Below are positions 49,225 through 61,109 of a DNA stretch of 64,000 nucleotides, one piece after another. A model generated the notes under the pieces. It worked only from the letters and a program-made list of their open reading frames with translations, was not told where the DNA came from and searched no databases. Positions within the stretch are counted from its first letter, which is position 1. Every line of letters begins with the position of its first letter. The stretch is from Gammaproteobacteria bacterium (GTDB lineage: Bacteria > Pseudomonadota > Gammaproteobacteria > Eutrophobiales > Eutrophobiaceae): assembly GCA_965222155.1 (NCBI GenBank), contig CBDCTH010000012.1:544001-608000 (forward strand), written 5' to 3'. Made by a program: the position numbers and the translations under genes.

Positions 49225-50889
49225 TCACTCAAACTCCTCCGGGAAGTACCTGATAGCGCTACGCAACGGATTGGGCGCGGCCTGTCCCAGCCCGCAGATG
49301 GAGGCATCCTCCATGACCTGCGCCAGGTCTTCCAGTAGCAGCCGGTCCCATTCAGGCTTTTCCATCAGCTTGACCGCTTTGGCTGTTCCCGCCCGGCAGG
49401 GCGTACACTGGCCACAGGATTCATCCTCAAAGAAACGCATTGCGTTCAGCGCCAGGGCGCGGGCGCTGTCCTGGTCCGACAGCACGATGACCGCGGCAGA
49501 ACCGATAAAGCAGCCATGCGCTTGCAGGGTATCGAAATCCAGCGGGACATCATCCAGTGAGGCGGGCAATATACCGCCGGAAGCACCGCCCGGGAAGTAT
49601 CCGTAAAACTCGTGTCCCGGCAACATGCCGCCACAGTATTCCTCGATGAGTTCCCGGATGGTAATGCCTGCCGGCGCCAGGTGAACACCGGGATTTTGTA
49701 CCCGTCCGCTCACAGAGAACGAGCGCAGCCCCTGGCGGCCGTGCCTGCCGTGGGAGGTGAACCATTCCGATCCTTTTTCAACAATATCCCGCACCCAATG
49801 CAGGGTTTCCATGTTCTGCTCCAGGGTGGGGCGACCGAACAGGCCGACCTCCGCGACGTAGGGAGGCCGCAGGCGCGGCATCCCACGCTTGCCTTCTATG
49901 GATTCAAGCATGGCGGATTCTTCGCCGCAGATATAGGCCCCGGCGCCACGGCGCAAGTGGATAGGCGGCAGGGGGCATGGTGGGTTGCGCTGTAATGCCG
50001 CCAGTTCTTCCTGCAACAAGGCACGGCAGCCAGCGTATTCATCGCGCAGATAAATATAGATGGCCTCTGCTTCAATGGCCCAGTTCGCGATCAATGTGCC
50101 CTCGATAAAACGATGCGGATCTGTTTCCAGGTAGTAACGATCCTTGAACGTCCCGGGCTCGCCCTCATCGACGTTGACAGCGATCAACCGCGGGCTGGGT
50201 TGACCGCGCAGGATGCGCCATTTTCTGCCTGCCGGGAAACCTGCGCCCCCCAGGCCGCGCAGGTTGGCGCGTTCCAGCAGGGTAATGATCTGTTCCGGCG
50301 TGTATTCGCCGTTTATGCAATCTGCCAGCAACTTATAACCGCCTTGCTCCCGGTAGCGCGCGTAGCGTATGGCGTCCGGCTCCGGGCAAACCGATTCATT
50401 GTTTTCCAGGGCAGCCGTAACCGCTGCCGGCTGCGCATGCTCTATCGGGTTGGTCCCTACCACTGCGACCGGCGCCGCCTGGCAGCGACCCACGCAGGGG
50501 ACGGGTTGTATCCTGATTTCAGCGCTATCCATCGTCGCGCGCAAATTATCGATCAAGTTCCTTGCGCCAAACATCTCACAAGTCAGCGAGTCACATACCC
50601 GTACCGTGAGCGCCGCCGCCGGCGTTTCATTGGCTTTCAATACGTCGAAGTGGTGATAAAAAGTGGCCGTTTCATACACCTCGGCCATGGGCAGTTCCAT
50701 TTCAATGGCCAGGGCCAGAAGATGGCGGTGCGACAGGTGCCCGTAGTGGTCCTGGAGCTTGTGCAGGTGTTCTACCAGCAGCTCGCGGGTACGCGGAGCG
50801 TCTCCCAGGAGCTTGCGGACGTCAGCCAGCGCCTTATGGGGTGTGGTGCGGCCCTGGATACGACCTTTTTTGCCGCGCGTGCGTTTCAT
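49225..50889 (-). CDS. NAD-linked formate dehydrogenase beta subunit (NuoE/NuoF-like fusion)
   Basis: ATFYHHF, CVGRC, LRGLGGAGFP, DEGEPGTFKD, YICGEE, ESCGQCTPCR. Confidence 0.92.
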   Translation of the reverse strand: MKRTRGKKGRIQGRTTPHKALADVRKLLGDAPRTRELLVEHLHKLQDHYGHLSHRHLLALAIEMELPMAEVYETATFYHHFDVLKANETPAAALTVRVCDSLTCEMFGARNLIDNLRATMDSAEIRIQPVPCVGRCQAAPVAVVGTNPIEHAQPAAVTAALENNESVCPEPDAIRYARYREQGGYKLLADCINGEYTPEQIITLLERANLRGLGGAGFPAGRKWRILRGQPSPRLIAVNVDEGEPGTFKDRYYLETDPHRFIEGTLIANWAIEAEAIYIYLRDEYAGCRALLQEELAALQRNPPCPLPPIHLRRGAGAYICGEESAMLESIEGKRGMPRLRPPYVAEVGLFGRPTLEQNMETLHWVRDIVEKGSEWFTSHGRHGRQGLRSFSVSGRVQNPGVHLAPAGITIRELIEEYCGGMLPGHEFYGYFPGGASGGILPASLDDVPLDFDTLQAHGCFIGSAAVIVLSDQDSARALALNAMRFFEDESCGQCTPCRAGTAKAVKLMEKPEWDRLLLEDLAQVMEDASICGLGQAAPNPLRSAIRYFPEEFE

Positions 50890-51094
50890 AAATTACTATT
50901 GTTCAAGTGGAGACATCAGGCTACAGCTCTTGTGTTTTTTCTCAGATTACAATCCGGTTTCACGTACGGCCAGTATCCCACACTTTGCGTAATGTACGAT
51001 GGTAAGCAGTAGAATCCGGCAAAAAAAGTAAAACCGCTTCGTCCCTTTGTAATATAATCCCCATGGTAAATCCTTTGTAGACTGGAGATAACTT

Positions 51095-52459
51095 ATGAAA
51101 CAACTTACCAACCCTGTCTATTTTATTGTTATTGTTTTCCTGCTGTCAATCAATCCGATTGCAACCGCAGACGAAACCTGCATGTCGCCATATATGGCAA
51201 AAATCGTCGGCCAGGAGGATTTCGTCTATGTCTGGACGCTGGGTATGGAAGGTCTTGGAGACGAACAGGACAAGCTGGTTACCGTTGACGTCAATCCTCA
51301 GTCCGGGAACTACGGCAAGGTAATCAACTCGCTGTCGGTGGGCGGGCGTAATGAAGCCCATCACTCGGGCCTGACGGATGACCGGCGCTACCTGTGGGCA
51401 TCGGGTCTTGACACCAACAAAATTTTCATTTTTGACATACACACGGACGCGGCCAACCCCCGGTTACATAAGACCATCAGCAATTTTGTCGCACAGAGCG
51501 GCGGTGTAGTCGGCCCCCACACCAGTTACGCCATGCCCGGCAGGATGCTTATTACCGGCCTGTCCAATGACAAGGACCACGGTGGACGCACGGGGATGGT
51601 GGAGTACACAAACGAGGGAGAATACATCGCGACTTACTGGATGCCCACCGACGCAGACCTGCAGGGTGCGGTCAAGGGGGGAGATTTCGCCGATGGTTAT
51701 GGTTATGACGTGCGCGTACTGCCGCGCCGTAACGTGATGGTGACCTCTTCGTTCACCGGCTGGAATAATTACATGATGGACCTGGGTCAAATGATGGCGG
51801 ACCCGGAAGCCATGCAGCGTTTCGGTAATACCGTCGTCATCTGGGACCTGCATAAACGCCAACCCAAAAAGGTACTGGATGTGCCGGGCGCGCCGCTTGA
51901 AGTTCGTTGCGCCTGGGGCTCGCAGAATAATTATTGTTTCACCACCACCGCCCTCACATCCAAGATCTGGCTGATCTATGAAGATGACAGCGGGGACTGG
52001 CAGGCAAAGCCAATTGCGGATATCGGTGTTGCAGAACAGATTCCGCTTCCCGTGGACATCTCCATTGCGGCGGATGATTCACTGTTGTGGGTGGATACCT
52101 GGAATGACGGCATGACGCGGGTGTTCGATATCAGCGACCCGCATGATGCAAAAGAGATATTTGCGGAGAAGATCGGCGATCAGATCAACATGTTGTCCCA
52201 GAGTTGGGACGGTAAACGCGTTTACTTCACCTCATCCCTGCTGTCCAACTGGGATAAGCAACAGGGGCAGGAGGGTGACCTGCAGTACTTCAAGTCTTAT
52301 ACCTGGGATGGGGAAAAACTGACCCACCAGTTCTCCATTGATTTCATTGAAGCCGGCCTGGGTATGCCGCACCAGATGCGTTTCGGTTCCTACGCCCTGT
52401 ACGCGAAAAACCGGCCTGCCGGGGAGAATAGCGACGTTTCTCTGGCAGCAAATTACTGA
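51095..52459 (+). CDS. mtoX: Methanethiol oxidase (SBP56 family)
   Basis: Signal peptide, ADETCMSPY...GQEDFVYVW, NEAHH, GPHT, SFTGW, SLLSNWD; adjacent to SCO/MauG. Confidence 0.92.
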   Translation: MKQLTNPVYFIVIVFLLSINPIATADETCMSPYMAKIVGQEDFVYVWTLGMEGLGDEQDKLVTVDVNPQSGNYGKVINSLSVGGRNEAHHSGLTDDRRYLWASGLDTNKIFIFDIHTDAANPRLHKTISNFVAQSGGVVGPHTSYAMPGRMLITGLSNDKDHGGRTGMVEYTNEGEYIATYWMPTDADLQGAVKGGDFADGYGYDVRVLPRRNVMVTSSFTGWNNYMMDLGQMMADPEAMQRFGNTVVIWDLHKRQPKKVLDVPGAPLEVRCAWGSQNNYCFTTTALTSKIWLIYEDDSGDWQAKPIADIGVAEQIPLPVDISIAADDSLLWVDTWNDGMTRVFDISDPHDAKEIFAEKIGDQINMLSQSWDGKRVYFTSSLLSNWDKQQGQEGDLQYFKSYTWDGEKLTHQFSIDFIEAGLGMPHQMRFGSYALYAKNRPAGENSDVSLAANY

Positions 52460-52546
52460 GTGTCATAATCCAGCTGTGACAAGTCGCATATGCTGAAGAC
52501 AAACGCATATCATTTTATGCTGCTTCGATGGATAGTATTGCAGTTG

Positions 52547-52810
52547 GAAATGGCTCTACGTCATTCCGGCGCCTGCCGGAATCCAGTTGAAATGGCTCTA
52601 CGTCATTCCGGCGCCTGCCGGAATCCAGTTGAAATGGCTCTATGTCATTCCGGCGCCTGCCGGAATCCAGTTGAAATCGCTCTTCACTCAGTATAATGAA
52701 GGTTTGTCCACTGGATTTGCATCCTACGCTCCGTTTACGGCACATCCCCCTGCTTACAGCATGCAGGGGCAGGCTATGTGCCACTACTCGGCATGCGCCG
52801 GAATGACGGT
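52547..52810. repeat. Three tandem 42-bp REP-like units plus an inverted REP half
   Basis: GAAATGGCTCTACGTCATTCCGGCGCCTGCCGGAATCCAGTT x3; inverse ...GCGCCGGAATGAC near 52795-52807. Confidence 0.85.
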
Positions 52811-52824
52811 GTGAGGAGAAGCGT

Positions 52825-54684
52825 TTGACTGAACAAATGCGGCTATCTTTGATGAGATTGACGCTGCCCGGCTTATTCAGAGTTGGCGTTTTTTATTTTA
52901 TACTGATACAAACGCTACCTGCGCAGACTCAGCATGAACACGATGCGCCAGCGCAAATTCTGGCGCCGGGTTATCGTGTCCTGGAATATGCCGCACCGGA
53001 ACCGGGCAGTTATCAACTCCCCCCGCTGGGCAAGGCGGGAACCGGAATGGTCCTTGACGAACAGGGCCGCGAACGGTCCCTGGAGGACTATTTCGGCGAC
53101 AAGTTCGTGGTTCTCAGCTTCATTTATACGAACTGTAACGACGTCAACGGCTGTCCCCTGGCCACCTTCGTTCTGGGACAATTGCAACAACGTTTGAGCA
53201 GGGACAGCAGGCTGGCGCACCAGGTACGGATGATCAGCCTCAGCTTTGACCCGGATTTCGATACGCCTGCGGTGATGACAAAATACGGCAGGCAGTTCAA
53301 CCGGGATACATTGACGGACTGGCGTTTTCTGACTACGGGATCGACAAGGCAGTTGCAACCTCTGCTCCGGGGGTTTAATCAATCCGTGCAAAAGGAATAT
53401 GACGAGTCCGGGGAATATCGCGGCGTCATTTCCCATATCCTGCGGGTTTTTCTGCTGGACAAGGCAAGCCAGGTACGCAATATCTACAGTGTTTCATTCC
53501 TGCATGCTGATACGGTGATTAATGATATCAAGACACTGGCCATGGAGTACGATAATGACGGCACAAGCTCAGCGTCACGAAGAAACGCGCCTGCAGAAGA
53601 TGCCGGGGCAGGGGAACAGCGCCTGTTAGGCTTGCCCGGACTCGAGGTACCGGAAAACAATCCGCTGACCCAGGAAAAAATCAGGCTGGGCCGGCAACTG
53701 TTTTTCGACAGGCGCCTGTCACACAACAATACACTCTCCTGTGCGATGTGCCATATCCCGGAACAGGGGTTCACCAGCCAGGAACTGGCGGTTGCCATCG
53801 GCATTGAAGGCCAGACGCTACGGCGCAATGCCCCGACACTGTATAACGTCGGGTTCGCCAAATTGCTGTTTCATGACGCCCGGGAGAACCTGCTGGAGCA
53901 GCAGGTCTGGACCCCGTTGCTGGCGCGCAATGAAATGGCCAACCCATCCGTGGGGTTTGTAATCGAGAGGTTGAAATCGATATCGGAATACCGCGATAAA
54001 TTCGAACAGGCGTTCCAGGGAAAGGGGCCGGGCATGGAGACTGTCGGCATGGCGCTGGCCAGCTACCAACGCACCCTGAATTCCGCAGACAGTCCGTTTG
54101 ACCGCTGGTACTACGGCGATGACGGCAAGGCCATGGATGAACAGGCCATAGCCGGCTTCGGATTGTTCAGCGGCAAGGCCCGCTGTGTGTCATGCCATGC
54201 CATCAACAGGGACTATGCCCTGTTTACCGACCACAAGCTGCATAACACCGGTATCGGTTACCTGGTTTCCATGGGACCCAAAGACGACAAAGTACAGGTC
54301 AGCGTGGCGCCCGGCGTTACGCTTACGGTTGACAGGGCCGTCATCACGGAACCGGGCAAACCCGAACCCAATGACCTGGGTTATTATGAAATCACCGAAG
54401 ACCCGGACGACCGCTGGAAATACAAGACGCCAGGACTGAGAAATGTCGGCCTCAGTTCCCCGTACATGCATAACGGCTCGCTGAGGACCTTGCGCCAGGT
54501 GGTGGAGTTCTACAACCGGGGCGGGATAAAGAATGAACTGCTCGACCCTCTGGTGCAACCGCTGGGACTGAGCGAGGACGAAATAGATTCAATCGTCGCA
54601 TTTTTGAACTCACTGACGGGCAGTAACGTGGATGAACTCGTCGCCGACGCATTAGCCCAGCCGGTGGGAAACGTAAGGCAGTAA
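52825..54684 (+). CDS. SCO1/SenC - MauG-like diheme cytochrome c peroxidase fusion
   Basis: SFIYTNCNDVNGCP, SFDP..DTP; CAMCH and CVSCH; RNAPTL, KTP.LRNV...PYMHNG. Confidence 0.9.
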   Translation: MTEQMRLSLMRLTLPGLFRVGVFYFILIQTLPAQTQHEHDAPAQILAPGYRVLEYAAPEPGSYQLPPLGKAGTGMVLDEQGRERSLEDYFGDKFVVLSFIYTNCNDVNGCPLATFVLGQLQQRLSRDSRLAHQVRMISLSFDPDFDTPAVMTKYGRQFNRDTLTDWRFLTTGSTRQLQPLLRGFNQSVQKEYDESGEYRGVISHILRVFLLDKASQVRNIYSVSFLHADTVINDIKTLAMEYDNDGTSSASRRNAPAEDAGAGEQRLLGLPGLEVPENNPLTQEKIRLGRQLFFDRRLSHNNTLSCAMCHIPEQGFTSQELAVAIGIEGQTLRRNAPTLYNVGFAKLLFHDARENLLEQQVWTPLLARNEMANPSVGFVIERLKSISEYRDKFEQAFQGKGPGMETVGMALASYQRTLNSADSPFDRWYYGDDGKAMDEQAIAGFGLFSGKARCVSCHAINRDYALFTDHKLHNTGIGYLVSMGPKDDKVQVSVAPGVTLTVDRAVITEPGKPEPNDLGYYEITEDPDDRWKYKTPGLRNVGLSSPYMHNGSLRTLRQVVEFYNRGGIKNELLDPLVQPLGLSEDEIDSIVAFLNSLTGSNVDELVADALAQPVGNVRQ

Positions 54685-54722
54685 TGTAGCTGCCCGGGGT
54701 TTATCATGTCCGGGGACGGATT

Positions 54723-55418
54723 TCAAATCCGTCCCCTTTGGGAGTCCGCCACCGGGTAAGCCGTCGTGTTGAAACCGTCATGGGTCATGCTTGTGACAGG
54801 TTGCTCCCTGTCTTCCATGATGGCAACCAGCCTTCTCTCCAAGTCCCCGTAACCTGTGTGCCTGATTTCCAGTTCCAGGCCGATGGAAGCAGCTATTTCA
54901 CGAGCGCGTTTGAGCAGCGCTGCATTGTTTTCTTCCTGGGTAAAGTAAACGATTCGTTTGTAATGGGCGAACAGGAGCTCCTGCAACTCCGGGTGTTTGT
55001 CCATTTTCAGGCCTTGTACGACGAACTTGTGCCAGGCATGCACCAGAAAATCGGTCAGGATAAACGTGCCGACTTCTTCTTCCATCACTCTGGGAAACTC
55101 TTCTCCGCCGAACATTTCATAGCAGTGAGGCCCCAGCGGGCGCACTGCGCCGTATTTTTTGAGTATGTCATCCAGGTCAAAGGCGCCGCAGTGACCGTAA
55201 ACCACCACCGTACGATCATATTTCCCCTGTGCTTTCTTCAACCGCTCTTCCACGGCCGGTCCTATCCTGGCCGGTTCAAGGTGAAGCTTGGCGTTAATCG
55301 CTTCGAATTCGGCATACCAGCCGTGCTTGCTGATAATCGCCTTGACCTCCGCGCCCAGGGCGGCGCAGGCAATGAATAAGGTTTTCGATTTGTTTGCCAG
55401 CATCTCATGTAAAAACAT
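54723..55418 (-). CDS. DUF1638-domain protein
   Basis: IACAAL..E, LH..P, YG.CG, PHCYE.F, GTF.LTDFL. Confidence 0.8.
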   Translation of the reverse strand: MFLHEMLANKSKTLFIACAALGAEVKAIISKHGWYAEFEAINAKLHLEPARIGPAVEERLKKAQGKYDRTVVVYGHCGAFDLDDILKKYGAVRPLGPHCYEMFGGEEFPRVMEEEVGTFILTDFLVHAWHKFVVQGLKMDKHPELQELLFAHYKRIVYFTQEENNAALLKRAREIAASIGLELEIRHTGYGDLERRLVAIMEDREQPVTSMTHDGFNTTAYPVADSQRGRI

Positions 55419-55555
55419 GGGTCACACTCAAAAAACTGATGGAGGTAAATGTACCCATATCCAGTTTTACAAGATTTCAAGCATCCTATTATGTAATTAC
55501 AAAGGTAGTGTCTGATTTTCCCTAGGAGCAGGTACATTATTGGTTAAGATAGAAA

Positions 55556-57568
55556 TTACACCCAGTGCATCAATATAGGTTCAATTTTTTTAAAATGTAG
55601 TCTAAGTTGTTGAAAATCATCATCCATTACATTTTTTGCATGGGCATCTGGTCTACCAATTTCATTAATTTCTTTCAGTACAAACATGAATTTTTCTTTA
55701 TCTAGATCAAAAACATTTATAAAGCATTCCCATTCGCGGTCAATTATAGTGATTAAATCTAAAAAATAGAGTGGAGAATCACTTGGTGATAGCAGCTCTT
55801 CTAATGTCGATTTAGATAATTTAGTTCGTCGATTTTCAATTACGGAATTTAAAACACTCTCAAAAGCTTTGTTTTTGCCTTTTGTGATTTTGAGGGTTTT
55901 TTTAATAATAGTTCTTAGGTTACTTTCTATTTTGTTCCTGCGAATTGAAATCTCAGTTAGTATCTCATCCTGTGACATATTACGTTTTTCAAATTTGTGG
56001 GATTTTGCAATGTAGTCTTTTAACGATTCGATATTAAATGCATATCCATTTTCACTTTGACAAATTAATCCATATCCCACTAAGTGTTTTGTATATTGAT
56101 CTTGTTCATACGCAAACTCTTCAAATGATGTATGATCTCCCTGAGCCAAATATGTCAATATTTCATATTCGTCCTTGTACCACTGTTTAAGCACTAGAAC
56201 CATCATCTCTAAGTATTCTAAAATATCACTTGAAAATTGCCTTTTTACTTTTTCATAAAGAGGCTTATCGATAATGATCGGTCTTTCGCCTTTACATTCT
56301 CTATGTATTACGCTACAAAACTGACGTATTAAAAAGGGGTGACCTCCATAATCATTTGTTAACATTCCATATATCGATTCATCGAATTTCAACCCTATAT
56401 ATCTACCTAGTTTTCTTACCATTTCCCTTACTTGAACTACATCAAAAGGAGGCACGTATGTACTAGGCACAGACTTAAACAATGGATTCTCATGTCCATT
56501 CAAAATTGATGCTTCAACACAAGAAGGATTAGTACCAACTAATAGATATGTAAATACATCTTGATTTCTTTGATAGAAAGCTCTTAAAGTTTGCCAGAAA
56601 TAAATAAAGTCAACACCATCACTCCACTGTTTCGAAGATCCAGTTATAGGAGAAATTCTTTCGATTTCATCAAAAATAATTAAAATAGATTTTTCTCCAA
56701 AAGACTTGTGAATATCATTCATTGTCGTAGCAAATAAATCACCTGCCTTCTTTTCAGTAAATTTAGTGATATGTGGAACATGTATACTGGGGTCATGTTC
56801 ATTTTTAAATATTGTTAGTATCTTATGAAGTAGCTCATTCCATCGTAATTTATGAATGGATGGATTTTCGCAATCAATTGATATAAACATATCATCAGAA
56901 ATTTTTAAATGTCTCTCAATTGCATAGATAATTGATGTTTTCCCACTTTTCCTTAGTCCAAATAAACTAGTGTGTTCTCCTGCTCTATGACTATTACAAA
57001 TCTGTTGAATTAATTCGGACCTCCCATAAAAATATAAATCTTTTCTAAGAGGGGAGAGAAACTCAAATAAGTCTCGCGTGTAGAAATGCTTCGCAAACCT
57101 ATTTCTGATAAAGTGCTCATCTGGACACTTTGCCAATTCTTCATAAGTAAATGGAACTACAATAGGTTGTTCTGGATCAGATTTTAGTAGGTCATTTATT
57201 TTATCTTCTGCATTAGGATCACCACTGATGACTATTCGACAAATAGTTTCGCATCTTAATCCTTGATAATCTTTTAATGCGGCATCAAAGGCATCTAATG
57301 TTCTAGGCTCAAAATTAGGATATGGACTGAATACACATATTATCTCTCTGTTAAGATTGAACATTTCTGAAAATCTTGAAATCGGTTTCATTAAGAAATA
57401 TGACAGTTTTGAATTCGCACCGAGAGTGATTTCTTTACCGCTATTTGTGAGATACCACCAATTCTTAAGCCTAAGTAATATCACCTGCTCTTTATTAGTA
57501 AATCTTTCCAAATAGAATGACTTATGCATTCCAGGGTTTGTTTGTGTGTAATCTTTAATTATTGCCAT
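55556..57568 (-). CDS. AT-rich P-loop ATPase (STAND/AAA-like) with possible C-terminal HEPN-like domain
   Basis: FYGR.E, Walker A GLRKSGKTS, Walker B IIFDEIE, GGHPFL; C-terminal E..LR ... L.F.DL..II...W..F ... R.DAH. Confidence 0.8.
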   Translation of the reverse strand: MAIIKDYTQTNPGMHKSFYLERFTNKEQVILLRLKNWWYLTNSGKEITLGANSKLSYFLMKPISRFSEMFNLNREIICVFSPYPNFEPRTLDAFDAALKDYQGLRCETICRIVISGDPNAEDKINDLLKSDPEQPIVVPFTYEELAKCPDEHFIRNRFAKHFYTRDLFEFLSPLRKDLYFYGRSELIQQICNSHRAGEHTSLFGLRKSGKTSIIYAIERHLKISDDMFISIDCENPSIHKLRWNELLHKILTIFKNEHDPSIHVPHITKFTEKKAGDLFATTMNDIHKSFGEKSILIIFDEIERISPITGSSKQWSDGVDFIYFWQTLRAFYQRNQDVFTYLLVGTNPSCVEASILNGHENPLFKSVPSTYVPPFDVVQVREMVRKLGRYIGLKFDESIYGMLTNDYGGHPFLIRQFCSVIHRECKGERPIIIDKPLYEKVKRQFSSDILEYLEMMVLVLKQWYKDEYEILTYLAQGDHTSFEEFAYEQDQYTKHLVGYGLICQSENGYAFNIESLKDYIAKSHKFEKRNMSQDEILTEISIRRNKIESNLRTIIKKTLKITKGKNKAFESVLNSVIENRRTKLSKSTLEELLSPSDSPLYFLDLITIIDREWECFINVFDLDKEKFMFVLKEINEIGRPDAHAKNVMDDDFQQLRLHFKKIEPILMHWV

Positions 57569-57635
57569 AACTCTAAATTTATATCATTTTTAAATTAATT
57601 ATTCGTTTTCTAATACATTGAGCCTCATATCAAAT

Positions 57636-57881
57636 CTAGACAGCTGCAAATTCAATATTCCCGGCTTTCTGGTGTTGTTGGTAAAACTCCTCCGGTGTCA
57701 GATCATCCAGCGATGAATGGGGTCGATACTGATTATACTCCATTCGCCAGGATTCAATTTTCTCTTTCGCATCGTCCAGGGACAAGAACCAGTTCGTGTT
57801 CAAGCATTCATCCCGAAAACTGCCGTTGAATGATTCGATAAACGGGTTATCTGTGGGTTTTCCGGGTCTGGAGAAGTCCAA
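57636..57881 (-). mobile_element. IS3-family transposase C-terminal fragment
   Basis: [31 protein letters not shown]. Confidence 0.9.
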
Positions 57882-57947
57882 ATCCCCTAGTTATATGGGA
57901 AGTAGTTAGGAATAAGGAAGAAGAAGATAGAGAGAAGATGGAGAAGA

Positions 57948-58347
57948 TAGGGTCGGACCTACCTAACTATTTGTTTCCGCTCAGTTTATGTATCATCTAC
58001 GCCTGTTATTTCCCCTTAAACCCCCTTTTTTGCTATCAAAATTGAGGTTATAAGTTCCCCATTCCTGTTTGACGGCATTACTCTCCTGATACGCCGTAGT
58101 CCTTGTACCTGCCACACAACCAGTCTTTGGGTGATGCACTTTACCCACCCTGATCCTATTCAGGGCAATGTAGGTAAGACATTGAAAGGAGCGTATATCC
58201 GCGTCTATGGCCGTGGCATGATACTTCCTCCTTAAAGTCCTGTTTTAATGTACGAAAAGCGCAGTCTAAGCGTAGGACAGCACGTTTTTTGAGACAGATT
58301 CTCTTTATTATCAATAGGTTCTGTCAGATTGGATTGGTCTGACCCTA
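57948..58347 (-). mobile_element. 400-bp non-autonomous element, copy 1 (Y1/RAYT-derived)
   Basis: Nearly identical to 60710-61109; ends TAGGGTCGGACC and GGTCTGACCCTA. Confidence 0.8.
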
Positions 58348-59001
58348 TACTGGCGGCTGGCGGGGCTGATAATATTTAAGGGGGCCGGTTGGTCCTCTCT
58401 CGACTACGCTGGATTGTTTAATTAAAAGACCTAGCACCAGCATAGGAACGGCAACACAGAACCATATGGCCATCATTATGAATCCAAACGCCATAAGCCC
58501 AACAATAACTACAGCTTGATCTGCTCCACCTTCAGACAGACTGGAGAATCCTAGTCCTCCTAAAAATACAACCAATATTATGAAAACTATAAACAGCGTC
58601 CAGATAAGAGCGAAATTCTTGATGACATTCCATCCGGTTCCTCCCTCTCGTATTTCCCCTGCTTTCAAATTTCGACATGCAAAATAGAAAGGTAAAGCTA
58701 TGACTGGCCCCAAAATGAATGTCAGAACTGGCCAGCCAATTGAATGATTTTCCCTTACTCGTGCATCGATGAAAACCCAAATACCAAAGACCACACTTAA
58801 CAGTAGCGCCCACATAAAATCCAAAACTATTTCGCTAATGTCATCCATGAAAACCTCATCGTGCATTAACTCATCAATGATCTGATACCATTCCCAAAAA
58901 TTATCCCCTATCTGAGGGTGTTCTATTACGGATTCTGCTACTGTCGGCTGCATGCAAATACTGAAAGCGATGATTGCTACTTTAAGGAATGTGTGCTTCA
59001 T
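58345..59001 (-). CDS. Hypothetical multi-pass membrane protein
   Basis: WVFIDA..R....W, several TM segments; stop codon supplied by the element end. Confidence 0.7.
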   Translation of the reverse strand: MKHTFLKVAIIAFSICMQPTVAESVIEHPQIGDNFWEWYQIIDELMHDEVFMDDISEIVLDFMWALLLSVVFGIWVFIDARVRENHSIGWPVLTFILGPVIALPFYFACRNLKAGEIREGGTGWNVIKNFALIWTLFIVFIILVVFLGGLGFSSLSEGGADQAVVIVGLMAFGFIMMAIWFCVAVPMLVLGLLIKQSSVVERGPTGPLKYYQPRQPPV

Positions 59002-59014
59002 ACTGTTAGCTCAG

Positions 59015-60343
<1,329 letters not shown>

Positions 60344-60688
60344 GTAGGTAAAGTCGGTTTGCCACAACTCATTCACGCGTCGGGTCGGATGCTGAAAGGT
60401 GTCTCCCGCCTGCAGCAGGATATAGGCTGGGCTGGTGATGAGGTCATAGCGCTTCAACAAGCGATACACGCTGGATTCCGATATGAAGTAACCGTGTTTA
60501 TCGGTGACGGTCCAGGCTAGTTCTCTGGGAGAGCGCTCAGGGTATTGCAGGGCAACCTCCAGACATTGTTCCTTCACCGTTTCCGGGATCTGGTTCCAGA
60601 AACGTCGAGGGGATCGGGAGGCCACCTCCAATGCCTTCAGTCCACCGTCCAGATACTGACGATACCAGCGATAAAAACTGCTGCGACT
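60344..60688 (-). mobile_element. IS3/IS481-type DDE transposase fragment
   Basis: FYRWY, SPRELA, ISESSVYRLLK, NELWQTDFTY. Confidence 0.85.
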
Positions 60689-60709
60689 GGAAGAAGATAG
60701 GGAAGAAGA

Positions 60710-61109
60710 TAGGGTCGGACCTACCTAACTATTTGTTTCCGCTCAGTTTATGTATCATCTACGCCTGTTATTTCCCCTTAAACCCCCTTTTTTGCTATCA
60801 AAATTGAGGTTATAAGTTCCCCATTCCTGTTTGACGGCATTACTCTCCTGATACGCCGTAGTCCTTGTACCTGCCACACAACCAGTCTTTGGGTGATGCA
60901 CTTTACCCACCCTGATCCTATTCAGGGCAATGTAGGTAAGACATTGAAAGGAGCGTATATCCGCGTCTATGGCCGTGGCATGATACTTCTTCCTTAAAGT
61001 CCTGTTTTAATGTACGAAAAGCGCAGTCTAAGCGTAGGACAGCACGTTTTTTGAGACAGATTCTCTTTATTATCAATAGGTTCTGTCAGATTGGATTGGT
61101 CTGACCCTA
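60710..61109 (-). mobile_element. 400-bp non-autonomous element, copy 2
   Basis: Direct repeat of 57948-58347 (one substitution seen). Confidence 0.8.

Noticed and set aside
47603-51012. Long + strand ORFs (435, 223 and 299 aa)
   Set aside because: Antisense shadows of the GC-rich fdh genes
52547-52672. Mini-CRISPR array
   Set aside because: The units are head-to-tail with no unique spacers; a REP-like tandem repeat
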